DNA of 27,668 bases from Chthoniobacteraceae bacterium. Its GTDB lineage: Bacteria > Verrucomicrobiota > Verrucomicrobiia > Chthoniobacterales > Chthoniobacteraceae. The first letter of the stretch is position 1, and every line of letters begins with the position of its first letter. Below, piece by piece: positions 1-7,951 of the stretch. Both the position numbers and the translations under genes were made by a program. The DNA lies in the NCBI GenBank assembly GCA_031409655.1, contig JANNXQ010000181.1, positions 1 to 27,668 of the forward strand, written 5' to 3'. The notes under the pieces were generated by a model. The model had not been told where the DNA came from and did no database searches. It saw only the letters and a list, made by a program, of their open reading frames with translations.

Positions 1-510
1 GCGATGGTCTATGGCGTGGTCGAACGCCACAGCGGCACGATCGAGATCGAGAGCCATCGCGGCCGCGGGAGCACGGTGCGGATGACTTTCCCGATCGACC
101 CGAACCCGCGCGTGGCCTGCCAGTTACCCGATGCGCTCCCGGTAAAGCCGCTCAATATCCTGGTCGTGGATGATCAGCCGATGCAGGGCGAACTCCTCGC
201 GCAACTCCTGAAACGCGACTGCCACAAGGTCTCGACGGCAGCGCACGGCCACGAAGCGCTGAAGATTTTCGAGCGTGAGCACTTTGATCTCGTGATCACG
301 GATCGGGCGATGCCGGACATGAATGGCGATCAGGTGGCGGTGGCCGTGAAGGGCCGCGAACCGCGGACGAAAGTGATCATGCTCACGGGCTTCGGAACCT
401 TCGAAGAAGACAGTGGGGACCGCACGGAGTTTGTGGACCTGGTGTTGTCGAAACCGATCAACGCGGCAGCCCTGCGCGCCGCGATCGGCGAGGTCATCCA
501 CGGAAGATAG
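1..510 (+). CDS. Hybrid sensor histidine kinase/response regulator, 3' part (end of HATPase_c + receiver domain); 5'-truncated by window edge
   Basis: AMVYGVVERHSGTIEIES..GRGSTV is a typical HATPase_c tail. It is followed by a REC domain: ILVVDD, DLVITDRAMPDMNG (phospho-Asp), IMLTG, LSKP. Confidence 0.9.
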   Translation, partial: AMVYGVVERHSGTIEIESHRGRGSTVRMTFPIDPNPRVACQLPDALPVKPLNILVVDDQPMQGELLAQLLKRDCHKVSTAAHGHEALKIFEREHFDLVITDRAMPDMNGDQVAVAVKGREPRTKVIMLTGFGTFEEDSGDRTEFVDLVLSKPINAAALRAAIGEVIHGR

Positions 511-527
511 GGCCGCCGGGATACTGG

Positions 528-684
528 CTACTTCTGCGCCTCGAGCGGGTGCTCTTTCAGGATCCCGTCCACCATGTTGAAAATGGAGCGGTCATTGGTC
601 GCCGCGACGGACCTTCTTCACTTCGTCAGCCAGCACCGTGAGCACGGCGGCGATCTGCTCGTCGTTGAGTGGTCCGCAGATGCC
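528..684 (-). pseudogene. Remnant of the C-terminus of a c-type cytochrome domain (internal deletion plus frameshift)
   Basis: Reads GICGPLNDEQIAAVLT-VLADEVKKVR, then after a 1-nt shift near 606-607 AATNDRSIFNMVDGILKEHPLEAQK* (TAG at 528-530). This resembles the class I cytochrome c C-terminal helix (LxDEEIAAVLTYVR...EVKKVR), but the YVRNxxGN segment and CxxCH are missing. Confidence 0.55.
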
Positions 685-868
685 TTCCGAGACTGGCCCG
701 CAGGCTGCTACCAGACGGGCCATGATCCTCGCTGTCGCACTCCGCATCACGCTCTTCTCGGCACCCGTGCCAAAGCGGGTCATCCGCGCCGTGCTGTTTC
801 TTTTCGCCGCAAGCATCCCGGCTTTTGCGGTGACGGCACTCTGAGTCTGCTTTCGTTGAAACGAACGG

Positions 869-1837
869 TTAGCCGCCCGTGAAGACGCGCGCTCCGGTGG
901 CGAGATCGATGCCGCCGAAATACTTCAGGTAGTGGTAAAGCGCCGGGCCGACGAAGATCAGACTATCAAAGCGGTCGAGCAATCCGCCGTGGCCGGGGAT
1001 CGTCGCTGCCATGTCCTTGATGCCCAGATCGCGCTTGATGCTGGACATCACCAGGTCGCCCCATTGCCCCGTGAGGGAAAGGAGGACGCCGAGGGTGAGC
1101 AGATGGACCGGCGTGTCGATGGGGGTGCCAGGCGCGATGCAGTGCAGGAGCCAGGCGAAGAGCGCGGAGGTGAGAATGAGCGCACCGAGGGCACCGCCGA
1201 TGGTTTTATTCGGGCTCGTCTGGGGCGCGAGCTTTCGCCGGCCGAAAACCTTTCCGGTGCAATAGGCGAAGATGTCATTCGCCTCCACGCAGAGCAGGAT
1301 CGCGAGGAGCATCGGCTGACCGAGGGGAAAATTGGCGAAGTAGCCGAGGTGACCGAGGCAGATGCCGAAGAGCACGAAGGCAAACATCCCGAGCGCGACT
1401 CGCTGGATGTAACCGCGGGGTTCATCGGCAAAAAGCGCAACGATGACGATCAGGGAGACAATGAGCGAAGCGAGGGCGGTGAACAGCCCAGGCCAGCGAT
1501 CCGCGACGGCGAAAGTCACCAGCAGAATGCCGAGCGCGACCACGGCGCTGATCGCGCGCTGGCGAAAGAGGCCGACCGCACGCGCAAATTCGCGGTAGCA
1601 AAAAATCGCGAGCAAGCCAACGCCGATCACCGCGGGAAGACGCCCGAGAAGGACAGGGACGATCATCAGCGGCACGAGGAAGAGCCATGACCGGTAGCGC
1701 GTCCAGAGATCCGTCTTCAGCGCAGGAGTGAGTCGGCCTGCCGCTCCGAGGGCGAGGAAGATCAGCGGCGTGACGAGCAGCGCGCTGGTGAGCCCGGCGA
1801 CGATCCAAAAGGTGACGGGATGCCAGCCGAAGATCAT
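869..1837 (-). CDS. Phosphatidate cytidylyltransferase family protein (CTP_transf_1, YnbB-like)
   Basis: Multiple TM helices; NDIFAYCTGKVFG, SPNKT.GG, GDLVMSSIKRDLGIKD, IPGHGGLLDRFDS signature. Start placed at ATG 1837, which overlaps the upstream stop (ATGA). Confidence 0.9.
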   Translation of the reverse strand: MIFGWHPVTFWIVAGLTSALLVTPLIFLALGAAGRLTPALKTDLWTRYRSWLFLVPLMIVPVLLGRLPAVIGVGLLAIFCYREFARAVGLFRQRAISAVVALGILLVTFAVADRWPGLFTALASLIVSLIVIVALFADEPRGYIQRVALGMFAFVLFGICLGHLGYFANFPLGQPMLLAILLCVEANDIFAYCTGKVFGRRKLAPQTSPNKTIGGALGALILTSALFAWLLHCIAPGTPIDTPVHLLTLGVLLSLTGQWGDLVMSSIKRDLGIKDMAATIPGHGGLLDRFDSLIFVGPALYHYLKYFGGIDLATGARVFTGG

Positions 1838-2508
1838 GCGCGCGGTTTGTTTCGGAGGTGAGTGGCGATCCGCGCCAGGCGCCGCCAGGCGGTGATCGCG
1901 CCACCGAGGAGGAGGACGAGCAGGGCGATGAGGATCAGCAGGCTCGGTGGCGTGCCCGTCACCGCGGGAAAGGTCGGAACCGCCGCGGTGATCACGCACG
2001 TCACCGTGAGCACCGCCATGCGCTGCGGCTTGGCCTGCGGCCCGAGGAAAATCTGGCCCGCACCGACACTGGCGCCGAGCGCGCGCACATAGGCGACGAA
2101 GACCGCCATGAGCGCGGCGACGAACCCGAGCACCGGATCACTTCCCGCCGCGTATCCCGCGCCGATGATCGTCGCCGCATCCGAGACGCGATCCGGCGCT
2201 TCATTCCAGAGGTCGCCGGTCGGTCCGCCCTTGCCACCTTCCACCGCCACCATGCCGTCCAGCATGTTTGCCAGGAGCCGCCCTTGGATGCAGAGGGCAC
2301 CCGCCAGCCAGCAGCCACGCTGCGTCCAACCGAAGGTCTGCGCGGTGGCGGCCAAGGCTGCGCCCGCCGCAACGCCGAAGACGATGCTCATGCCGGAGAT
2401 CGCATTCGGCGAAATGCCCGACCGGGCGAGGCCACTGGCCAGGTTGCGAAAGAGCGCGATGTCGCGGCTCTTCAGTGGACGTCGCGCGGCGGGTTCAGGA
2501 GTGGCCAT
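1834..2508 (-). CDS. CDP-alcohol phosphatidyltransferase family protein (YnbA-like)
   Basis: SPNAIS and NMLDGMVA...GDLWNEAPDRVSD fit the DGxxAR...G...D..D motif; hydrophobic helices. Start could be ATG 2508 or GTG 2529. Confidence 0.88.
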   Translation of the reverse strand: MATPEPAARRPLKSRDIALFRNLASGLARSGISPNAISGMSIVFGVAAGAALAATAQTFGWTQRGCWLAGALCIQGRLLANMLDGMVAVEGGKGGPTGDLWNEAPDRVSDAATIIGAGYAAGSDPVLGFVAALMAVFVAYVRALGASVGAGQIFLGPQAKPQRMAVLTVTCVITAAVPTFPAVTGTPPSLLILIALLVLLLGGAITAWRRLARIATHLRNKPRA

Positions 2509-2546
2509 GGGACGGTCGCGATCAGCCACGGATCTCGCGGTGCGAG

Positions 2547-4970
2547 CTAGCCCACCGCGTCCGGCGCCTGCCCGAGCGCCACTTTGAGTCGGGCGATTTC
2601 ATCCCGCATCTGATCGCGCCGGGTCTGCAAGACATTCACATGCTGCTTGGTGCGTTCGAGTCCGGCTTTCACCGCGTCGAGTTCAGCCTGGAGCGCGTCC
2701 CGCTCGCCTTCCACTTTGCGCAAGTTCACTTCGCCAGCATCCGCGGGCCCATAGACGCGCCGCAAGCCCTCGAGCTCCACCCGGGTCGTGCGCAAGTCCT
2801 CACTCTGGGTGCTGAGTTCTGTGCGCACGCGCCCGAGATCCGTGGAAAGTCGATCGCGCTCGCTGGCGACGCTCTGCGTCATCTCCCGCGCGGTGTGGGC
2901 GAGTCGCTCCGCTTCCACGAGCTTCTCTTTCATCATCTGCTCGCTGTCCCGCAGCCGCTTGAATTCCGTGTCCCGCTCGTGCAGTTGAGCCTCGATGGCC
3001 CCCACGCGTTTCGCCGCGTCGTTGCGTTCAGCGCGCAGCGTTTCCACGAGTTGTTTGCTGCTTTGCATCTCCGTCTCGGCGGCGACGATCCGCGCCTCGG
3101 TAGCCGCCGTGGCGGTCTTTTGCGCCTCGCGCGCGGCCACCGCAGCGGCCGCGGCTTGTGAGAGGTTTTTCGCCTTGAGGTCAAAGAGCGACTTATCCTT
3201 CTCGGCCAGCAGCTTCTTCAAAGCTTCGAGCTCGGACTGCACCGCCTCCAGTTGCTTCTTCGTTTCGCCGCCGTCGCGCGAACTCATCGCCCCCAGCATC
3301 CCATCGAGGCGCTGCTGGAGTTCCTTGTTCTTCGTGGTCGCTTCCGCGAACTGCGTCTTGAGGCGTTCCCGCTCGCCGGTGGCTGTGATGCCTTCGGTCT
3401 TGAGGCGATTGATTTCCTTGCGCGCGTTCTCCGTCGCGAGCAGCGATTTCTGCGTGGCTTCTTCGCGCACCCCGAGCAGCCGCTTCGCTTCATCCCGTTC
3501 GGCGGAAAGTGACTTGATCTGAATGCGCAGCTCCGCCGCTTCCGCCGCGGTCAGCTCGGCCTTCTTGCGCGCCTCACCAAGCTCGCCCTGGGCCTCCACC
3601 TTCACGGTATCGATTTCGCTGAGCCGCTTCCGGGCGGCATCCCGCTCGGCGCCGGTCATCGTGAGCTGGCTCTTCACCGCATCCAGCTCCGCGCGGATCT
3701 CGGTGGATTTTTCCCGCAGCGCGGCGAGCTCGGCAGCCAGCGGATTGGCCTCAGTGGTTTTCTTTTGCAGGGCATCCCGCTCGGCCTTGAGCGCGGCGAG
3801 CTCCGTCCCTGCGGCAACGGACTTCTCCCGCAGCACGGCGAGCTCAGCCTGGAGGGGATTCGGTTCCGCCACCTTTTTCTGCAAAGTGTCCCGATCCAAT
3901 TTCACTGCGGTGAGTTCCGCCAGCAGCGGGTTTGGCTCTGCGGCTTTCCTTTGCAGGGAATCACGCTCCGCCTTGAGCGCGTTGAGTTCCGCAAGGAGTG
4001 GGTTTGGCTCCGCGGCTTTCTTTTGCAGGGCGTCGCGCTCGGCCTTCATGGCGTCGAGCTGCTTCCGCACCTCGCCAAGCTGCAACTGCGCCTCCGCGCT
4101 CTCGGTTCGCAGGGTGTCGAGTTGCGGCTGGAGTGGATTCGGCCCGGCCAGCTTCGCGCGCATTTCCTCCACACTCTTCGAGCGCATTTCGGCGCGCTCC
4201 AGAGCTTCGGAAAGTTTCGCCGCGGATTCCACCTTGAGGGCGTCGCGCTCCTTGGTCAGCGCGGCCACTTCCGTCCGCAGATTCTCGAGTTCCGGCGACG
4301 CCACCTTCTGGGTCAATGGCATCAGCGGTTTCGGCGCGGTGAGCGGCTTCGGAGGCAGCGGCACGGCCGTCGCGGCCGTCGCCCGCTTGGCGAGTTCGTC
4401 GCGCTCCTTTTGCACTTTCTCAAACTCCGCCTTCAGCCGCGTCTCCTCTGCCTTGGCGCGATTCGCGATTTCATCCCGCTCTTTCTGCACTCGCTCGCAC
4501 TCCGCCTTGAGCCGGGCCTCCTCCACCTTTTGCCGGTTCACCAGTTCGTCCCGCTCCCGCTGCACCGTCTCGAGCTGCGACTTCACCTGCACGTCTTCGG
4601 GCTTCTCGCGCGCGCTTTCATTCCGCGTCTTCCGCAAGGCATCGCGCTCACTGGTCGCGGCCGCGAGTTCGGTCTGCAATTGGCCCAAATCCATCCGCGC
4701 TTTCTCCGCCTCGGCGCGCAGCCTTGCCGCTTCCTCCTGGGCCGCGGCCAGCGCCTTTTGCTGGTTCTCGACCTCCTTGTACAGGTCGTCGGCGGAACCC
4801 GCCAGGACCGCGAGCTTGCGGCGCACGAGGATTTGCACCGGAGCCTCGCTGTGCGGAGGAATCACGAGCCCACTGTGACAGCTCGGGCAGTCGATCTTCA
4901 TCTCGGCGCCAGCTTGGTCGATCGCGATTTTTTGCCGGCATTCCGGACAGTGAAATTTGATGTCAGCCAT
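2547..4970 (-). CDS. Long coiled-coil protein with N-terminal zinc ribbon
   Basis: N-terminal CPEC-x17-CPSC, then ~750 aa rich in E/K/A/L/R with heptad pattern and internal repeats. No ATPase motif or TM segment seen. Confidence 0.85.
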   Translation of the reverse strand: MADIKFHCPECRQKIAIDQAGAEMKIDCPSCHSGLVIPPHSEAPVQILVRRKLAVLAGSADDLYKEVENQQKALAAAQEEAARLRAEAEKARMDLGQLQTELAAATSERDALRKTRNESAREKPEDVQVKSQLETVQRERDELVNRQKVEEARLKAECERVQKERDEIANRAKAEETRLKAEFEKVQKERDELAKRATAATAVPLPPKPLTAPKPLMPLTQKVASPELENLRTEVAALTKERDALKVESAAKLSEALERAEMRSKSVEEMRAKLAGPNPLQPQLDTLRTESAEAQLQLGEVRKQLDAMKAERDALQKKAAEPNPLLAELNALKAERDSLQRKAAEPNPLLAELTAVKLDRDTLQKKVAEPNPLQAELAVLREKSVAAGTELAALKAERDALQKKTTEANPLAAELAALREKSTEIRAELDAVKSQLTMTGAERDAARKRLSEIDTVKVEAQGELGEARKKAELTAAEAAELRIQIKSLSAERDEAKRLLGVREEATQKSLLATENARKEINRLKTEGITATGERERLKTQFAEATTKNKELQQRLDGMLGAMSSRDGGETKKQLEAVQSELEALKKLLAEKDKSLFDLKAKNLSQAAAAAVAAREAQKTATAATEARIVAAETEMQSSKQLVETLRAERNDAAKRVGAIEAQLHERDTEFKRLRDSEQMMKEKLVEAERLAHTAREMTQSVASERDRLSTDLGRVRTELSTQSEDLRTTRVELEGLRRVYGPADAGEVNLRKVEGERDALQAELDAVKAGLERTKQHVNVLQTRRDQMRDEIARLKVALGQAPDAVG
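3700..4150 (-). repeat. Intragenic ~24-aa (72-nt) repeats 'AEPNPLxAELxALKAERDxLQKK', about 5 copies
   Basis: xNPL cores at about 4140, 4003, 3931, 3859 and 3745; the middle three are 72 nt apart. Confidence 0.85.
4385..4570 (-). repeat. Intragenic 25-aa (75-nt) repeats 'VQKERDExxNRxKxEExRLKAExE', about 2.5 copies
   Basis: ERDE cores at about 4550, 4475 and 4400. Confidence 0.8.
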
Positions 4971-5145
4971 AGGTGGGGAAAATGTGAGGAGCCTGCGGAG
5001 TGGCTACCAGCATGGCCCCAGAGCGGGAAGCAATATATCGAAAACCCGGGGTCGCGTAAAATCTCGATTCAGCACCGCTCCAGCGCGCCAGCGTTCGGCA
5101 TTTGGAACTTGGAACTTCGCCCCTTTCCCGCTGCCCTCGTCGCCC

Positions 5146-5745
5146 GTGCAAAAAGCTCTTTCCATCGATCTGCCATCCGGCGACTTCGCGGCCTTCATCT
5201 TCGACTGCGACGGCACGCTCGCCGACACCATGCCGACGCACTTCCGCGCCTGGCAATCCGCCCTCGGTGAACACGCCGCCAAGCTGACCGAGCCGCTCTT
5301 CTACGAACTCGGCGGCGTCGTGACGGCTCGGGTCGTGGAGATCCTGAACGAGCGCCACGGCCTCACGATGGACGTGGCTGCCACGGTCTCGCGGAAAGAG
5401 GCCACCTTCCTCGCGCTGAGCGCCCAAGTCGCAGCGATCGAACCCGTGGTGGCCATCGCCCGCCGCTTTCACGGACAGAAGCCCATGGCGGTCGCGTCCG
5501 GCGGGCATCGCGCCATCGTGGTGAAAATCCTGGAAGCCCTCGGGATCGTGGATCTCTTCGACACCATCGTCTGCGCGGAAGACTACGCCCGCGGCAAACC
5601 CGCGCCCGACCCTTTCCTCGAAGCCGCCCGCCGCCTCGGCGTGCCGCCGGAAAGGTGTCTCGTCTTCGAGGACACCGTGACGGGCATCGCCGCTGCCGAC
5701 GCCGCGGGGATGCAGAGCGTGCTCGTGCCGCACCCGGAGCGGTGA
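5146..5745 (+). CDS. HAD-superfamily phosphatase (subfamily IA, YqaB/beta-PGM-like)
   Basis: FIFDCDGTLADT (motif I), VASG (II), GKPAPD (III), VFEDT..G..AA..AGM (IV). GTG 5146 gives a typical ~200-aa length. Confidence 0.9.
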   Translation: MQKALSIDLPSGDFAAFIFDCDGTLADTMPTHFRAWQSALGEHAAKLTEPLFYELGGVVTARVVEILNERHGLTMDVAATVSRKEATFLALSAQVAAIEPVVAIARRFHGQKPMAVASGGHRAIVVKILEALGIVDLFDTIVCAEDYARGKPAPDPFLEAARRLGVPPERCLVFEDTVTGIAAADAAGMQSVLVPHPER

Positions 5746-5752
5746 AATGTTG

Positions 5753-5861
5753 AAGTTGGGAGTTGAGGGTTGAGAGCCGCGAGGTTTGGCTCCAATCATT
5801 TCTTCCGGTGCCCGGCACAGGTTGCAAACCGGTGCGGCCCTCAACTCTCAACTCCCAACTT
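5753..5861. repeat. Palindromic element with 28-bp arms built of 7-nt units (GAGTTGA/TCAACTC) and an internal REP-like hairpin
   Basis: Left arm 5753-5780 aagttgggagttgagggttgagagccgc; right arm 5834-5861 gcggccctcaactctcaactcccaactt (26/28 complementary). Inner hairpin GCACAGGTT-GCA-AACCGGTGC at 5815-5835. Confidence 0.85.
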
Positions 5862-5863
5862 CC

Positions 5864-7717
5864 TTGCTCCTCCCCACGCTCAAAAGCGTCTTCGGTTACG
5901 AGTCCTTCCGACCGCTTCAGAAGGAGATCATCTCCGATGCGCTCGCTGGCCGGGATGTCTTCGCGCTCCTGCCCACGGGCGGCGGGAAGTCGCTCTGCTT
6001 TCAGCTTCCGGCCCTGCTCCGCGATGGGCTGACGGTGGTCGTCTCGCCGCTCATCGCGCTGATGAAGGATCAGGTGGACCAGCTCACGGCGAGCGGGGTC
6101 GCGGCCACTTTTCTCAACTCCTCGCTCGATGCGGACGACGCGCGCACTCGCCTGCGCGGCCTCTGGCAGGGGCAATACAAGCTGCTCTACGCCGCGCCCG
6201 AGCGGCTGATGCTGCCGGGCTTCCTCGACAATCTGCGCGAGTGGAAGGTGACCCAGATCGCCATCGACGAAGCGCACTGCATCAGCGAATGGGGCCACGA
6301 TTTCCGCCCCGAGTACCGCCAGCTCGCGGCGCTGCGCGAGCGTTTCCCCGGCGTGCCTTTCATGGCGCTCACCGCCACGGCCACCACGCGGGTGCGGGCG
6401 GACATCCTGAAGCAGCTTCACTTGCGCGACCCCGGCATCTACGTCGCCAGCTTCAATCGCCCGAACCTGAGCTACCGGGTGATCGCGAAGGCCCGTCCGT
6501 TTGATCAGCTCGTAGCCTTCCTGCGCGAGCGGCCGCGCGAGGCAGGCATCGTCTATTGCCAGAGTCGGAAGACGGCCGAGAGCGTCGCCGAGCGTCTGCG
6601 GGGCGAAGGGATTCCGGCGGCGCCCTATCACGCCGGTCTCGAAGGCAACGCGCGGGCCACGAATCAGGAAAGATTTCTCCGCGATAAAGTGCGCGTCATC
6701 TGCGCGACCATCGCCTTCGGCATGGGGATCAATAAGCCGAACGTCCGCTTCGTGGTGCACTACGATCTCCCGAAAAATATCGAGGGTTACTATCAGGAGA
6801 CGGGCCGCGCCGGCCGCGACGGCCTGCCCGCGGAGTGCCTGCTGCTCTTCAGCGCCGGCGATGTGGTGAAGCAGATCGGCTTCATCGACGAAAAAACCGA
6901 TCCCGAGGAGCGGCGCCATGCGCGCGCGCAACTCGACGGCATGGTGAGCTACGCCGAACTGTCCTCCTGCCGCCGCGCCGCCTTGCTCCACTATTTCGGG
7001 GAGACCTACGGCGCACCCAACTGCGGCGGCTGCGACAACTGCCTGAATCCGCGCGAGACCTTTGACGGCACAGTGCCCGCGCAAAAGCTCCTCTCCTGTG
7101 TCTGGCGCGCGCGCCAGGCTTCGTATTCCGGCAGCGCCAGCTTCGGCCTCACGCACCTCATCGAAGTGCTCACCGGCGCCGATACCGAGCGCATCCGCAA
7201 GTGGCAGCACCAGCAGCTCAGCACTTTCGGCATCGGCAAAGAGTACTCCCGCCCGCAGTGGCAGGCGATCGGGCGCGAGCTGATGCGGCTCGGTTTCTTG
7301 CGCCAGGCGGAGGGTGAATTTCCAACCTTCGAGGTCACCGAGGAAGGTTTCGCAGTGCTAAAGTCCCGCGCCAAGATCACGCTCACCCGCCCGCCGGAAG
7401 GCGCGCCGGAGGAAGCCGCGCGCGGAGGCTCGCGGGCGAAAGGCAAGCGCGCCGGCGAGATCGCCTGCGACGAGACGCTCTTCGAACTGCTCCGCCAGAT
7501 CCGCCGCGATCTCGCGGATGCGCGGAATGTGCCAGCCTACGTGATCTTCGGCGACGTGAGCCTGCGCGAGATGGCTCGCGACTACCCGACGACCGAGGCC
7601 GAGTTCCGCCACGTCGGCGGCGTGGGTCAGCGGAAGCTCGACGAGTTCGGCGCGACTTTCATGGACGCCATCCGCGAATACCTGCGGAAGAATCCACGGC
7701 AAGCGTTTCTGGACTGA
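5864..7717 (+). CDS. recQ: ATP-dependent DNA helicase RecQ
   Basis: FGYESFRPLQ, LPTGGGKSLCFQLP, IDEAHCISEWGHDFRPEY, YYQETGRAGRDG, Zn-binding CRR...CGGCDNC, RQC and one HRDC domain (LFELLRQIRRDLA..NVPAYVIFGD). Start uncertain (TTG 5864 or TTG 5786). Confidence 0.97.
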   Translation: MLLPTLKSVFGYESFRPLQKEIISDALAGRDVFALLPTGGGKSLCFQLPALLRDGLTVVVSPLIALMKDQVDQLTASGVAATFLNSSLDADDARTRLRGLWQGQYKLLYAAPERLMLPGFLDNLREWKVTQIAIDEAHCISEWGHDFRPEYRQLAALRERFPGVPFMALTATATTRVRADILKQLHLRDPGIYVASFNRPNLSYRVIAKARPFDQLVAFLRERPREAGIVYCQSRKTAESVAERLRGEGIPAAPYHAGLEGNARATNQERFLRDKVRVICATIAFGMGINKPNVRFVVHYDLPKNIEGYYQETGRAGRDGLPAECLLLFSAGDVVKQIGFIDEKTDPEERRHARAQLDGMVSYAELSSCRRAALLHYFGETYGAPNCGGCDNCLNPRETFDGTVPAQKLLSCVWRARQASYSGSASFGLTHLIEVLTGADTERIRKWQHQQLSTFGIGKEYSRPQWQAIGRELMRLGFLRQAEGEFPTFEVTEEGFAVLKSRAKITLTRPPEGAPEEAARGGSRAKGKRAGEIACDETLFELLRQIRRDLADARNVPAYVIFGDVSLREMARDYPTTEAEFRHVGGVGQRKLDEFGATFMDAIREYLRKNPRQAFLD

Positions 7718-7732
7718 TCGGATTTCCGCGTT

Positions 7733-7951
7733 CTACGTAGGGATCGCCTCCTCCGCGAGCAGCACGGGGATGCCACTGCGGATCGGGTAAAGGACCGCGC
7801 CATCCGCCCGCAGCAGCGCAGCTTCCAGCGGTCGCCCATCGCGGTCCTGGCGATCGACGAGCAGCGCCGCGGGGGCTTCCGTCAGCGCCTGCTGAGTCTG
7901 CGGACAGCGCAGTTGCGAGAGCAGCCAGGCGTCGAGCATGGGCGCGCTCAT
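7733..7951 (-). CDS. Trm112/YcaR-like small protein
   Basis: LLSQLRCP.T...L at the N-terminus and YPIRSGIPVLLAEEAI at the C-terminus. ATG 7951 overlaps the upstream stop (ATGA). Confidence 0.8.
   Translation of the reverse strand: MSAPMLDAWLLSQLRCPQTQQALTEAPAALLVDRQDRDGRPLEAALLRADGAVLYPIRSGIPVLLAEEAIPT

Noticed and set aside
574..882. Small ORFs of 102, 74 and 68 aa as intact genes
   Set aside because: No coherent domain; only the 3' part of the minus-strand frame looks protein-like and it is better explained as a pseudogene relic.
2547..4970. Call as smc
   Set aside because: No Walker A/B, signature motif or hinge domain.
2268..5270. Several long plus-strand ORFs (297, 451, 501 aa)
   Set aside because: Shadows of the coiled-coil gene, with biased S/R/A or L/R composition.
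5363..7210. 615-aa minus-strand ORF
   Set aside because: Antisense shadow of recQ; no motifs, and expected in high-GC DNA.
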